Of a stretch of DNA of 64,000 bases, positions 29,370 through 43,522 are shown piece after piece. The translations under genes and the position numbers were made by a program. The notes below the pieces were generated by a model that had not been told where the DNA came from, did not search any database, and was given only the letters and a program-made list of their open reading frames with translations. Source of the DNA: Schmidtea polychroa (taxonomy: Eukaryota); NCBI GenBank assembly GCA_044892525.1, contig CM097885.1:11906001-11970000 (forward strand), in the 5' to 3' direction. The stretch's first letter is position 1. Every line of letters begins with the position of its first letter.

Positions 29370-29840
29370 GAAACCATGTACATCTTATAAATTATGACGA
29401 TTGTCCTCTTAATAAAGACAATTTACATTTGTTTACATGTAGCTTTACAAAGATTTTGTCGAAATTTAGTGTTTACAAGCGATAAAAGTGGTTTTTATGT
29501 GTTTGTTCAAGACTTGTTCATTCGATTTACTGATATCAATGTTAATAATATCATACAAATCGTAAATGACATAAGTAGGAAACTACTGTAAAATATTCAT
29601 TCATAGATTAAAGGTTTTTTCGGTGGGGTGAAACTTGTTTATGGTGGAATTAGTGTTTCACGATTCTTTTTAAAAACCTTTTAAAACCTTTGATAATTTT
29701 GGATGTTTACCACGAGATTTAAGTGACATGATTAATAAAATATTTTGCTTGAACTTAGTTTATAAAAAGTTGTGATTATTTGAACATGTTGATTGTGCTA
29801 AAATATCAATAACTCTTTGCATTCCATGAATTTTTGAAAA
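29370..29840 (-). mobile_element. Highly decayed Penelope-like ORF remnant
   Basis: Minus-strand patches resembling LKSRG.P.IIKGF and KATCKQC (linker/GIY-YIG region); many stops and frameshifts. Confidence 0.4.
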
Positions 29841-29894
29841 TAAATAGATATTGTATAATAGATATTATATAATAGATATTGTAAATAGATATTG

Positions 29895-30060
29895 AGACAA
29901 GTCTTGAGTTATAAAAGTGAGTGTTACATATTTATATGTAGCTATTTTTGCAAAACATATTATTAATATATTTTATTAGCTTCCTGGTACAAATTATCGA
30001 TAATAATCACATCTCCCTATCGTAATCTATATGGCCAGTTTTTATCAAATCCTTTTATTT
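29895..30060 (-). mobile_element. Probable Maverick/Polinton A32-like packaging ATPase remnant
   Basis: IKGFDKNWPYRLR*GDVIIIDNLYQEANK (Walker-B-like IIIDD), then frameshifted FAKIATYKYVTLTFITQDL (the ...IFITQ motif). Confidence 0.5.
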
Positions 30061-31760
30061 TTTCTGATTTCCACTTATATCAACAAATTGGTAGTCTGCA
30101 TCATTTCCTAATTAAATTAAAAAAAATTAAAATTAAATTAAATATTCATTAAAACAAAATACAAAATGGCGACCACTGAATTAAAACAAAATATTGATAT
30201 GATACGATAGTGTGTGTATGTAATTATATGATAGTGTGTAATATACAAATCTATATATACATGTAATGATGACATAAACATACACATCAAATAAAGTCCA
30301 ATGATTACATAATAACATACATGATTATGTCAACATTAGTCATATTATGTAATACATACACGGTGAAAGAGGTTTGGAGCTAACATGTAACCCAACTAAT
30401 ACTGTTCATGTAATTGGTGTGATTGAAAGTAGTTAAACAAACAAAGATAAATTAATTACTTGATAAATACAATTTTTAATATTTCAATTAAATTAAATTT
30501 TAAATTTAAACTTTTTATTATTTTTATTGTTGTTGATGTTTGTTGTTACAATTATCATTATTTAATATATTTTTTTTCACTTCGAATGTTATACAATACC
30601 TAAAAGGTAATGTATTTTTTGCTTTTCAAAAGTCAGAAACAACCTGATAAAATCTGAGAATAGCCTCAAAGAAAATGTTCAGGGTCAGGAAATGTTTGTC
30701 TCTTTCATTATCTATTTCATCTGAGAAAAATTGAAATTATTTTCTGTGCATTTAAAAAGTTTTAATTAAATAATTAAAAAAAGTTAAATTACAAATTAAA
30801 ACAAATAATAATTTTTAATAAAATTTAAAAAATCTATGCTTAAGTAATAATCTAAATTTCTCTGTTAAAGAAATATCGAAAATTGATGGAAAGCTCAATA
30901 TTGTTGGCGAATATTATTCGTCAAATATTACAAAAATTTCGTCAATTAATGAAAAGTAATTATCGGTTCAATTATGTCTGTTCTAGAATGTAACAAACGA
31001 AAATATCAATTTTGCTCTGTATTTTACTGTTATAAAGAAGATTTAAATATTAAGTCCATTAAATGACCAAAGAGGAAAATGGGAAATATTGAAATCTATG
31101 TCATTTTATAAATTCTTTATCGTTTTTGAATAATCGTTGATTAAAACCATTTGGAGAGGGAGGCAGTAGAATTTGGGATGAATTCCGATAGTATTTTGAT
31201 TATTAGTTTATGTTAGCAGTTTAAATCCAACAGCGCATTGCATTTGGTCATTTAGCCATTTGTTTATTGCAACAAAAAAATGCAAACATGTACGTGTTTG
31301 AATCGACTAAGTCATTACTCATGAAAAGCTTATAAATATAAACTATAAATATATTTCCTACATTTTCCACAAAACTCCCCAATCTATGGATTTTTTGGAT
31401 TTAACATTATATTATTTATTTATCCTATTCATTAAAACAAGTGAGATTATATATTTTATTATAATGAAACTTAGATGTTATCTTCGCATTTGTTTAATAA
31501 TATAAAAAATATTTTTAATATTTGATGAATTTTTTAGAAATAAATATATTAATAATTATTTATATAACTTAATTTTATTCATTTAAAAAAAATACAAATG
31601 AGATATTTTAATATTTTAAATAAATGAAAATCTTTTTATTTTGAGTTCCTAATTTTTGATGATATTGAAAGTGTAAAAAAGCAAATAAAGTTTATTGATT
31701 TTAAAAATGAAAAGAATTACAACTTTTTAATTGAATAATAATTGGATAAATGATGTAGAC

Positions 31761-32012
31761 CAGTTTTTTCCGATCTTCTTTATACCATGCCCCACTGTAG
31801 TATTTTCAAAAGTCATATGCCACACCGGCCCCTTTGAAGTAGCTGTCAAACTTCGATAATCAGTATCGCCAGTATGGAAAATTAATTGCTGTATGCACGT
31901 TGTTATATTTAGTTATGAATGAGCATATTATATTAAAAAAATATATTTGGAATAGTTGATAATTGCTGACGTGTCCAACCTCTGAAGCATGATGCCCATG
32001 TAGAAAACACTG
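31761..32012. mobile_element. hAT MITE, 252 bp
   Basis: Perfect 8-bp TSD ATGTAGAC (31753-60, 32013-20); TIRs CAGTTTTTTC / GAAAACACTG. Confidence 0.85.
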
Positions 32013-32472
32013 ATGTAGACGAATGTCTTCTTGATATAATATTTATTTAAGGTTAGTTTTTGTCATTTTATTCCAGAAGCTCATATTATACAAAATGTCT
32101 TAGAGGAATTTCTTTAAACTAAAACTTAGAAAATAATTAAAAGAAAATATTTTTTTTAATTTTAAATTTCCAAAACAACGTACACAGCAGCTCTAAAATA
32201 TATGATATCGTATAAATTTGATTTGTTTTAAATACTCAATGATAAATGTCTTAATTTTTGTCTTAAATTTTGTATCTATATATTTGGTTAATTAATTTAT
32301 TAATTAGTTTGTACTTTTAAAATTACACATGGGGTCCCTATCAATTAAAAATAAAACTGCACTATTGTTTTAATTCTTTACACATTTACATACATCTATC
32401 ATTTATTATTATATTTATTATTAATTTGAAAAATATTATGTAGAATGTCATAATTAAATATTATATTAAAAT

Positions 32473-32545
32473 TTGACTATGAATAAGTAAATTTATCGAT
32501 GTCTTTTTATATTCAGGCATTTTCGGCACTGCTTTTTTCAAGTGA
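32473..32545 (-). repeat. Family A HHR-variant repeat, partial
   Basis: Plus-strand TTTTCGGCACTGCTTTTTTCAAGTGAA preceded by the reverse-complement tail (TTGACTATGAATAAGTAAATTTATCGATG). Confidence 0.8.
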
Positions 32546-32798
32546 AAAAAAATTCTTATAATATTAAAATATATTACAATTAATGTTGAAAAATCTAATT
32601 TTCGTTACAAAATTCAGGAATCTTGAAAATAGATCACCTGTTATTATACAAAAACAAATAAATAAAAAAACATTGTAATATTTATTAATATTATTTAACT
32701 AAAAAGTCATGTCTAATTTTAACTATGATTTTCTTAATAAGGTGTTTTGGAACTTTATGATTTTACATGTAGTTTCCTGTAAATCTATGAAGAATACA

Positions 32799-33905
32799 TG
32801 TTGTTGGGAGGTTTGTATAAATATACATACGTAGAATGTCTAAAATATAAAGTGATAAAAAGGGTAATCTTTCTTTCAATTAACTTTTATTTTAAATACA
32901 TCCTCTAAAAATATATCGCTTTTTGAAAACTCAAATTAATTTTAATAAAATTATTAATAATTAATTTAACCAAAATTCATGTTAAAGAAAACCTAACCGC
33001 ATTAAATATTTAGATCTGATCACATTATATCTTAATTGTATTTAAAACTGAAAACTATGGCTTAAAACTATTTGTAAGGATAAAAATAATTTATATTTCA
33101 GCTGTTTGATTTGTCACTTTTAACATTAAACTGGAATTTCAAAAAAGGTATTGAAGTTAATTAAAAAGAGAAAATAATTGCACATTTTTTTGAAAGCTTT
33201 TAACAATTTTTCTTTAAAGTCTCTAACCTCTATTTGTTACCATTCTCTAATAAAAACACCAAAATAATAAAAGTGTAAAATTAATTAAAATTCATTAAAA
33301 ATTGAAAATTAATATTGGACGAGGTAAATGAGTATGATTGAACGCATAATCATGAGACAAGCCCAAAAATAATAATAAAAATTTAGTGAGGGGTTCCTAG
33401 AGAAACTTATAACAAAATAACAAAGTAATTAAAATGAATTAATTCGCCCGAGTCAATAGAAAATCCGAGAAGTGTAGAAAACTGAAGCCGTGTAAAGAGC
33501 GGAACTTTGTGGGAGCTCCAGATAATAAGCAAAATGATCTTTGATAAGAAGACCTGAGGCCGAGCCAAAAGATGGGCAAATTAATTTGTTCTAGTAATTT
33601 GATCAAAATTCGGAAATAACGCTATAGAAGAAAGTTGAAAAAAGAGAAAAAAATAAAACAGATGAAGATGTGAAACAATTGTAATCTAGTTCTTTACTAA
33701 AATAGACGTATGAGAAAAGCCCATTAGATTCTCTGCCTTAAGAGCCAGAATTTGTATTTGAAATAAAAATGCCAATATTGTGACGATTTTGTAAATTATA
33801 TTGCGAGTCAATAAATTTGTTTTGTGTTGAGTCTTAGTCATTTGGTTTATAAAAGAAAACACGATGAGTCAGAGATTAACCGACTTACTAATTAATAACC
33901 CAACA
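32799..33905 (+). mobile_element. Probable solo LTR related to 12360-14285
   Basis: Ends ACACGATGAGTCAGAGATTAACCGACTT...AATAACCCAACA (shared with 12360-12450 rc). The start TGTTG at 32799 is tentative (flanks ATACA/ATACT). Confidence 0.55.
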
Positions 33906-34704
33906 ATACTAATGTTCATTTTTTAAAGAATAGACTGCTATTATTTGTTGACTTATCTTCAAAGTTCACATTATTCAACATCACGTTTATTTCTTTAAAC
34001 ATTTACATAAGAAATTTTAAAAACAAATAAAATTTCACAAATACATAAACACCAAATCCTCACAATTAAAATAAATTTAATTCCAAAATTTTGATAAAAT
34101 ATAAATTCACAATTAAAAAGAATGAACAAAACAGTTACCTAAACATTTGGACACGCTGAGTACAATATTAGAGCACTAAATCAAATGAAAATATTTAAAT
34201 AAAAAAAATAAAAAAAACAGTTTAAATATTTAAAATAAAAATACGGTAATTAGGCGAATTTTATGATATTGTAGAATTACTTTTCTCATTAATCATTTTG
34301 CCGCCACCTTTACTTCCGGCTATAAAACTGAGAAAGCGTTCGGCATTTTAAAAACAGTACGACTTAAGATATAATTTTTTTGTTTTCATATAAACAAATA
34401 AAAATAAAATTTCAAGATAACCTTGAAAATTTTAATTTTAAAATTGCATAATTGAAATTTGTTTATCAGATAATATCTATTTATTCATATTTTCACTTAG
34501 TTATGATATCTTTCTATAAATGTCAGGTCCAATAAATACAATGTTAAAAAATAAGTATCAGAACTTGTAGCACAACGATAGAAGCGAACGATTTGAGGAT
34601 TAAATTTCATCTTTTCATTTTTTATTTCAAAAAATAAATATTTTTACCATTAAAAATGATCATAATGTTGTTCATAAAATCTATAATTTCTATAGTTATT
34701 CTAT

Positions 34705-34770
34705 CCTACCTGACGATGACAGGAAAACTGTCAAAATATATCGCAAAACGAATGTTTGAGTGGCGTTTTC
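34705..34770 (+). ncRNA. Degenerate hammerhead motif, family C
   Basis: CTGACGA T GACAG GAAAA CTGTC AAAA TATA TC GCAAAA: 5-bp stem II and palindromic ATATAT stem III, but G12 to A; the related fragment at 36748-36797 retains GAAA. Confidence 0.6.
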
Positions 34771-36747
34771 TCATGATTAAATTATTGCCATGTATGTTTA
34801 ATTATTTATAAAAAAGTTGTTGAAAATGGCTTTTAAATTGATTTCTGGTCATATTATTTAAAACTACAGCTTCAAGTTTTAAAAATTATTCGTTACCTGT
34901 TTTACTCATTTTATATTTGTCTCTAGATAATTACACAAGTCGAAATTCAGAAAAAGTTACTATTATTTTTTCATTTACAAATTTGAGTACCGTTTAAAAA
35001 TTACTATTGCTTTTTTACAGTCATAATCCAATTTTATCAAATATAAAAAGTCAAATACGTCTAGAACGTTCATCAATCTCAAGTAACACCAAATTCTTTC
35101 CAAGTAGACAAGACATGTATAAAAAAGTTTACATGTAGAAAGCGCTTAGTAAAGAAACCATAAATATGTATAACTGTGGTATTGAAAATGGAGAGAATTT
35201 TATTACAATGCTGTTTTTATGATTATTGTTTGGTTGAATTAAAACATGTTCATATTTTTGTATATTTATGTTTTGTAGATTATTTAGAAATTACAACCTG
35301 ATTAAATAATTTCTAATAAATATGCATCAATGTCTCATTGAATATATTACTCAAATTATCTATATTTAACTGATAATTTGAAATCCTGACAGTTTTAGTA
35401 GTTATTTACATTCAAAAACAAATGCTTCAAAAGATACCTTTTGGTCGAAATAGATATACAGAAAATCGTGGAAGAAATAGTGTAATAAATGATATAGGAA
35501 CAATAAAAATAATAATATTTTATACAAATAAGAAAAGATTTACTGAAAATTGAAAAGTGTAAGTTTAATAATATACAATAATCTGTCCGAATTGAGATTT
35601 CAAAAAATTTAGTTGCTACCACAAAGAAAAAATGAGAAAAGCATAAATACCATTAAAAAATATAAAATAAAAATATTGTTTAACATAATTTTCTAAATTA
35701 AAAATATAAAAATTACTACTTTAATAACTTAAAAATTTAGTTTAAAATATTAACACAAAACAGTGTAAAATTATTTTTAAAATTCTAATCAAATTCATCC
35801 CTAAAATATCATCCAATTTAACAATTGAAAGCAGACCTATAGAAAACAATATTCTCATACAAAAATTTAATATAATAATTCTCTTGATATGTATGTATGT
35901 CTGTTGAAACGTACAAGCCTGTGAGTCATAAGCTCACTTCAAACAAATACAACTAATCTAACCAAAGCGTATTTTCTAAATTATGAAAGCAAAGCAAGAA
36001 GGCCACTTATACTTGTGATGAGGAACTAATTTTGAAATAAAAAACAAAAATACATTTCTTATATTTACAAATCACATTGTAAAATTAGGCCTGAACTCTG
36101 ATCAAATATAATGGAAAAAAGTAACAGTTTTGTATCGTTTATTAAATCCTTACATAAAAATGCACGTGTTCTTATAGAAGAAGCTAGAAATAAGCGATAT
36201 TTTATTCACATACCAAAAAGCCAGAAGTATATCAAAATGTCATTCATCAAAATTAAGTTATTTATATTAATAAAATTATATTTTCTTTTAAATACACGAG
36301 TTATTTCTATTAGAAAAAAAATCCCATTATTATCTAAGAATTAGTTTTCAAGTGGTTAATTTTTTAGGATAAAATTTTAATGAAACTAAATTAAACTTTC
36401 AAAACCTCATTAATTAAAGAATTAATTGGAAAATTCAGAGAAAATTCAAGAATTTATTTTAATGCTCAAATTGTAAATTGTTTGTTTTTACCAATAAAAG
36501 ATTGAGTTTTCCTTGAAAATGGATACGAAAAGTTCCTTTGGTAATTGAGTTGAATCAAAATTTATTTCATTAATGATAAATAAATAATTTTATTTTTAAC
36601 AAGATAAAATCTGGTAATGCAAACCGAAAGGTTTGAAATAGAAAAATAGTATTGGGAAATCTAAATAAATAATTATGAATAATAAAAATATTAATAAATA
36701 ATAAATAAATAAAACTTATTATATTAAAAAAAGCATTATTAATAACA

Positions 36748-36858
36748 TTATAATAAAGCACCACTCAAATATCAGTTTTACAATATATTTCGATAGTCTA
36801 ATTAATATGAACTGATAATGACAGTTAAACGAATATATGAGTGGCGTTTAATAATAAT
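36748..36858. repeat. Fold-back pair of family C fragments
   Basis: Minus arm ACTATCGAAATATATTGTAAAACTGATATTTGAGTGGTGCTTT and plus arm CTGATAATGACAG..AAACGAATATATGAGTGGCGTTT both match 34710-34768. Confidence 0.6.
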
Positions 36859-36950
36859 TAAATCATATTAATTAAATTAATTAGCTATTTAAAATGAGAA
36901 ACGGTTATTTCTGTTTTGATTTTTTGTGTTATTTTTGTAAATTTATTATT

Positions 36951-37060
36951 ATATTTATAAAAAGCTTGATATCGATATATATAATGATTCATAGTCATGC
37001 TCTTTAATAAATAAAATGTCAATGGACATCAGTGGTGAAATTTGAAAATAAGATTCTTAT
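36951..37060 (+). repeat. Family A tail, core deleted
   Basis: ATCGATATAT..TGATTCATAGTCA..TTTAATAAATAAAATGTCAAT..ATCAGTGGTGAAATTTGAAA..TTCTTAT; another tail fragment at 7238-7290. Confidence 0.7.
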
Positions 37061-37914
37061 GATAGTAAAATTAATAGTTTATATTATTTTCTTTTCAAGA
37101 AATTAAGGAAAAAAAGAGATTTGCAACTAGATATATCTAATGGTGTTTCGGAATATGTAAAAAAGGTTTTAAAAAGGTTTTCTGATAAATATAAAACAGT
37201 GATTTGAAGTCATAACAACTTAAGATTTGAGAAATTGTAAAAAGATACAGTCAATTAATATTTTTGGCGTCATTATTAAAACTATTCATGTCGTTTGAAA
37301 AACATAATTCTTAATAAAAATTTTAATTTTTAAAATTTATTAATGTTTCCATATTAACGCGACTGTTAAATTTGCTATTGTAACAATTATATTCATTCTT
37401 CACTTTACACAGTAGCTTTGTTCCCATAAGTTGGTATATCTATTTCATATATCGAAATTACGTAAGTTGAATACTTCTAAAATATTTTGCAATAGTCAAA
37501 ATGTAGTTTGTCCTCAGTAATAGCATCATTTAACTTTTAAATGGATCTTAAAAAGAAATTTGAAGTCTGTTACCTGATTTATATTTTTCCGATAGAATTA
37601 TTTGTAGTAGTAGCAGTCTATTGCCCAAATTACAAACGATTGTGGTGGTTTATTCTGACTACTCGCGTTTGTGTGCGCACATATATTTCATTTTTTACAG
37701 ACTTGAGCATTGTATGTGTGTCGAATAAACCTTTTTTTGTTTTGGAACTTTGAGATCGATTTAATTATTCTCGAAGAAAATTTCTGGAATTTGATTGATT
37801 ATGTTTTGATTTATGCTTTGTAATTTGAAAATGCAAAAAAGGATTTTGTTTGATTCTTTCTTGTTGAAATTCATTTGTTTTTGAAAGTTTATTATTCACA
37901 TATTCAAAGTGCTT

Positions 37915-38301
37915 ATTATTGACTCAGTAATTGACAATGGATTTGGTATGTGCTATTTCGGATTACTAGGTAATGATGCTTCAAATATTGTTTTCCCAAC
38001 GATTATCAGAAAAACTCGTCATCAAGGTATTATGACTGGAGTAGGCCAAAGAGATAGCCATGTGGATGATGATATTCAATTCAAAAGAGGTATTATGACG
38101 ATAAAATGTCCCATTGAACATGGTATCATTACCAACTTGAATGATATGAGAAAGACATGACATTATACATTTTACAATGAACTAAACATTATGCCAGCAG
38201 AGCATCCAGATTTTCTAACCAAAACGTCACTGAATTCAAAAGCTAACAAAGAAAAAATGACTTAAATCATGTTTGAAACATTTAATGGTGCTATTTATGT
38301 T
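37915..38301 (+). pseudogene. act: Actin pseudogene fragment 2 (intronless, about residues 6-133)
   Basis: [118 protein letters not shown]; two in-frame stops, truncated at both ends. Confidence 0.95.
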
Positions 38302-38789
38302 TTTATTTTTTTAAAAATTATTTTGTCATAATTAAGCATATACTTAAAATAAATAAATACGTTTTCAGATCTATGAGAAACTAAGAAGCCATTAATATTC
38401 CACTAATTGAGTATTTACATAATTTCAAGAAAGATCTCATTGTAATGCGATCTTGAAATCATTGAATTACAACTTTCAAGATTTATCCGGGGTTAGAATC
38501 ATTTTCAGAAGAAAAAATGATATATAATAAATATTATATTATAATGGAAAAATAAAAAATTATAAATAAATAATTTCAAATTTCTAATAAATTCTTAATA
38601 AATAATTCAAAATTTCCAGCACAAATATTATGAAAACTTAAATTAAACTATTATGTTAAATAATAATATTATAATTACGCTACAATTAAGTATGTGCAAA
38701 TATTTATTATCAATAACATTAGATATAACATTAACATTATTTATTTAGATTATGAGTCACAAATAGTTTGTTTAAATAATACAGAACAG

Positions 38790-39200
38790 CAGAACAGAAG
38801 AAATTTAAATAAATAGATATTAAATAGATGTTAAATAAATATTAAATAAATATTAAATAAATATTAATTAGAATTAGAAATTAGAATTTGAATATTTGCA
38901 GAAATAATTTCTTTTTAAAAATTATTTTGTCATAATTAAGCATATACTTAAAATAAATAAATACGTAAATAAAACAGAAGAAATTTAAATAAATAGATAT
39001 TAAATAGATGTTAAATAAATATTAAATGAATATTAAATAATTATTAAATAAATATTAAATAAATATTAAATAAATATTAAATAAATATTAAATAAATATT
39101 AAATTAATATTAAATAAATATTAATTAAATATTAAATAAATATTAATTAGAATTAGAAATTAGAATTTGAATACTTGCAGAAATAATTTCTTTTTAAAAA
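38790..39200 (+). repeat. Local tandem duplication with expanded 11-bp minisatellite (TTAAATAAATA)
   Basis: 38790-38920 is repeated at 38972-39200; 38307-38362 is repeated at 38911-38965. Confidence 0.85.
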
Positions 39201-40919
39201 TTTCAAAAACAATATCTTTTCTAATTGAATTAATCTATTAAAACAAAGAAATTGGAATTATAAAATAGGACCTTTTAAAAAATTCAAGATTTAGAATAAG
39301 AAAACCTTTAAATTTATGATGCTATAATGATTTTAGCAGATAAGGAAAATCCTAGCTGCTAAATGATAAAAACAAATCTAAACAGTAAAATAATTCACGA
39401 TTATGAATAGGAATTTCTTTCTGCTTGGTGTTGTTTTGAAAAGTTTACAAATGCCACAAAAATATTTTTTTAAATGTATAATAAGCTTTACTTTTAGTAT
39501 AACCAATTATATGACTTCTCCATTTAATAAATCGTGTTTCTTTTTAAAACAATGATTAAAACAATCGCAAATAGATAGTTGTCAAACAATAGAGACTGTA
39601 CAATAAAGATATAATCAAATTCTAAATATAAGTTAAAACAAATGACAAAATAAGGATAATATAAATATTTTTTAAAAGCACTCACTCCTCGAAACGTCTA
39701 TACATCTTTTAATTTGTAACATACTCTAGTTTAATATCAAGGGTTTTCTTTTTTAATTTGCTTAAAACTGTCTCAAATTTATAATCAAAAGAATTTGAAG
39801 TTATACTTTGTTTCTGAAAAAATTGTCAAAATAAAGAAATCTAGTAAGTTGAATATTGTAGAAAATTTATTTTTGGAATATTTTATTAATAATACTTTTA
39901 AAATGGCGATGAAATAAAAAAATAAGATTTTTAAAAAATTAAAAGATTAAAACAAAATTTATATCAAATTATTTCATATATTTTACTTAATAAAACAAAA
40001 TAAATTATTTAATTATTCATTTTTAATTCCTTTTTATTAATATTTTTTGTTGCAAACATTTTTTATGATTCCATTTAAATTTTGACTAGTAGTATTATGC
40101 TAAAATAAATTCTTACAGTGGCAGTAGAAGCTAAAAAGACCAAGAATAAAATTCATTAAAATAAATAAATCTTTTTATATTATTTCAATAAATGTATTTA
40201 TTTTACTTTTTACCATTATTTTATTTTCAATAATATTAAAATATATTTATTTATTACGTTTACCATTTAACTAAAATCTTGCATAATAATCTTTTCTCAT
40301 TTAAAAAAAACATTCAAAAGGTGAATCCCATAAGAGCAGTAAAATATTTGGCTTAGGTCCATGTTATTAATTCTAATAAAAAAGCAATATCAAATTAATA
40401 ACAAAAAAATTCTATGTCAAAATTATTTATAAAAATATGACATTTCAAATATTTTATTCAAAAAAAAAACAATCAAAATATTTAATGATGCATAACTAAT
40501 GTTGTGGATTCAATAAAAATAAAATAAATCTAGAATGAATGCATAAAATCTCTTCGGAAATTTCATAATTTTCATACAGTTCATTTCTGCTAACATATCA
40601 AGTCAAAGTTCCTTCAAATAATTTTCTCTTAGAAGAAAACTTTAAACAAAATAAACAAATTAATCTATATTTAGTTAATTTAATTTGTTCGGATTTTTAA
40701 TTATACCGAAATTTGATTGCATTCATTTCATTTTATATTTAATAATAATAATAATAATAATTATTATTATCTATAATTATTTTTGTCAAAATAATTGGTT
40801 TAGAAAAATAGTAATGAAGCTTTTGCAAAATGGTTAATTGAGAAATTAAGAATCTTTTCAATATGAATTACATAAACATTGTGTAAATAAATGGAAAATC
40901 TTAAATAATTCTAATAAAA

Positions 40920-41550
40920 TTAATAAAACAATCTCAAAATACACGTGGTTAACATATTTTGTAATTTCATTATTTGGTTGCATGGGTTTATTACCAAGGA
41001 TTCACAAATAATAAGTTCCCTATATTTTTTAAAATCTTTAGTTAACACTTTATAATTGACATTGTCTATGTATGTCTTATTATACTCAATAATATTACTA
41101 TTTCCAATCAATTGAGCATACCCAACGACTTGTGTACAGACATGGCGACAGTCTCTCCAATGTATGTGGCATTACATCCATCACAAGTAAAACAATATAT
41201 GGGATCAGAACATAGACGAAATAATTCTAATATTGATAGTTTCGATAACTTTAAAAATAGCTTTTCTAAACCTTTTAAAATCATAAATAAAATTTGTCAT
41301 CAATCTCATTGAGTTTTCAAAACACTTATCATTGGTTTCAATACCATTCAATGTAAGAAATACTTATCGGTCTTGGACACCAATTTCAATCTGTTTAAGG
41401 ATAGATAAATTAATTTGCTTCATAATAATGCATATGTATATCTAAGTCTTATAAAAATGATTTGTGAAACTGCTGATAAGTGTTTTGATAAACTGAATGA
41501 GATTGATGACATAATTTTACCTGTTGTTAATCTGTTAAATTCTATTGATT
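40920..41550 (-). mobile_element. Penelope-like GIY-YIG endonuclease remnant
   Basis: Minus strand LCSDPIYCFTCDGCNATYIGET, followed by YKVLTKDFKKYRELIICESLVI (C-terminal GIY-YIG helix with catalytic E). Confidence 0.85.
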
Positions 41551-43379
41551 AGAAAAAATTCAAATGAAATAAAAAAAACTAAGAACATTATTTTATGACA
41601 GAGACTAAAATGAAAAAATTTGTTATGTAAAAATTGGTGAAAATTATTTTAACTACATTGCCAATTTTAAATACTTATACTTTTCTCATCATTTATATTA
41701 AAACTTGTATACAGATACTCTTTTTATAGACAATATAAACAACTATCTCGACTCTCTAAACATGTGAACAGAAGACTCCTTGGTGGCACGCAGAACTACA
41801 CTACTAAAAATCTAATTAATAATTCAACAAATTTTCCCCTTTCGTACACATTCTAGTTCTTAACTTTCAATTGTAAGAACACAGATAAGCACGTTATGCA
41901 ATGCATTTTTGCAATAATTGTTTTTCTTATCAACGGTTTCTCTAGTTTCGTTGATTGAAATTCCCAAATTTTACCACTGTTAAACAACTGTCATTGTGAT
42001 AACAACTATTTTCTAATAACTTTTCGTTACAAGTCATAAATGTTTCGGAGTACTCTTGGTTAATAAACGTAACATTCCTTTAAATAGATACTCATTATCA
42101 ACCACAAATTTTCAAAAAGTATAAAGTTTCCATATTATTTCCATATTATATTCAAGAAATGTTCATAAACATTGCACTACAAAATTATAAATACCTTGCA
42201 AATACAATGAAAATATGTAAACGAAAATACTATTAGCCTTAATGTTCTAATTGTCATATACGTATTATAACTTTTGATGATAAAGTCAGTAATCAAAGTG
42301 GCGACGTTAGTTGCTGAATTCTACACTAGGCTTTTCCTGATAATGAAAAAATACTTTATATTACGCTAGAACTTTAAAGGCGTACAAAAAGGATATATAA
42401 ACAACAATTAAACTGTATTCATTTATGTCAAAGATTATATTTTGTGAAGAATTGCAACTTACAGTCATAATGTATATCATCGTTTCCCGAACATATTTGA
42501 CCTACTATAACCCTTCATAAAAAACACAAGGCCCCACTGGAAATTTACTTTCAATAAATGTATTGAACATTTTTTATGTACATATCAATAGCGTAACAAA
42601 TAAGATTGGCCGTTAAATGATATTTTGGAAATTAACCAATTTAGAAAAGAAATATTATTTATTGTGCAAAAATTAAACAACGAAAAAATTGTAATAAATA
42701 AATGGGTTTTATACAAAATAGATTTATAAATTTAAATATACAAAAACCATAATTATCATGCTAATTCACATTAAGCTCTTTTAATTATACTAATGAGTTA
42801 TTTATGCATACACGTTAAAAATGAATCAATTGCATTTGATATTAAAAAGTACGTGACAAGTATCAGATTGGAATTAGATAATGATTCAAGTGATTTGTCA
42901 AAAACGAATGGGTGTTTTAGAATATTTTATAAGGTTAAAAAGTATTAGCACTTCACGGCTCCTATTTTGCTTACCAAGGCTCCCCTACTTCTCCTAAGGC
43001 CAGCTCGACTCCCTTAATTCCCTCCAATACCACCAAGGGGGCGAGTCCCCATTTTAGGAACCACTGGCTTACATTAATTTCATCAAATTTACAGAAATTA
43101 TTTCATCCTCTAATTCTCAATATCAAATTAATTTTTTTAACAACTCCAATTCATACTTTTTGTAATGGAATTATTTAAATAAATTTTTTGAATCTATATA
43201 TATATATATATATATCTAAATGAAATATTTTGTTTAAATATTCAATAAAATTCAACATTTGACATGCATCTTGCTCAATTCAAAATTAACAATAATTAAA
43301 ATAAAATAAATATTGTAAAGTAAACATACAAATAACTCATCAAATTAAAATTTATCATTTTGAATATTTTACTATTTGT

Positions 43380-43480
43380 TTGTGATTGGCTGTTTTTTTC
43401 GAAATTTTAACTAATAAAAAGCTAAACATAACCCCAATAGGAATAATTAATACTAATAATCTTATCTACTCACTTCTACT
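43380..43480 (+). promoter_or_regulatory. Putative promoter of the Ig-superfamily gene
   Basis: Two opposed CCAAT boxes (GTGATTGGCTG ~43382; CCCCAATAGGA ~43432) and an Inr-like TCACTT ~43470, 50-140 bp upstream of the ATG. Confidence 0.4.
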
Positions 43481-43522
43481 CAATCTGAAAATTTGGGAAA
43501 TACGAAAACATTTGACGCATCG

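Noticed and set aside
41900..42480. Possible Polinton major capsid remnant on the minus strand (NFCSAMF...NEYLFKGMLRLL)
   Set aside because: Resemblance too weak and frameshifted to support without a profile search.
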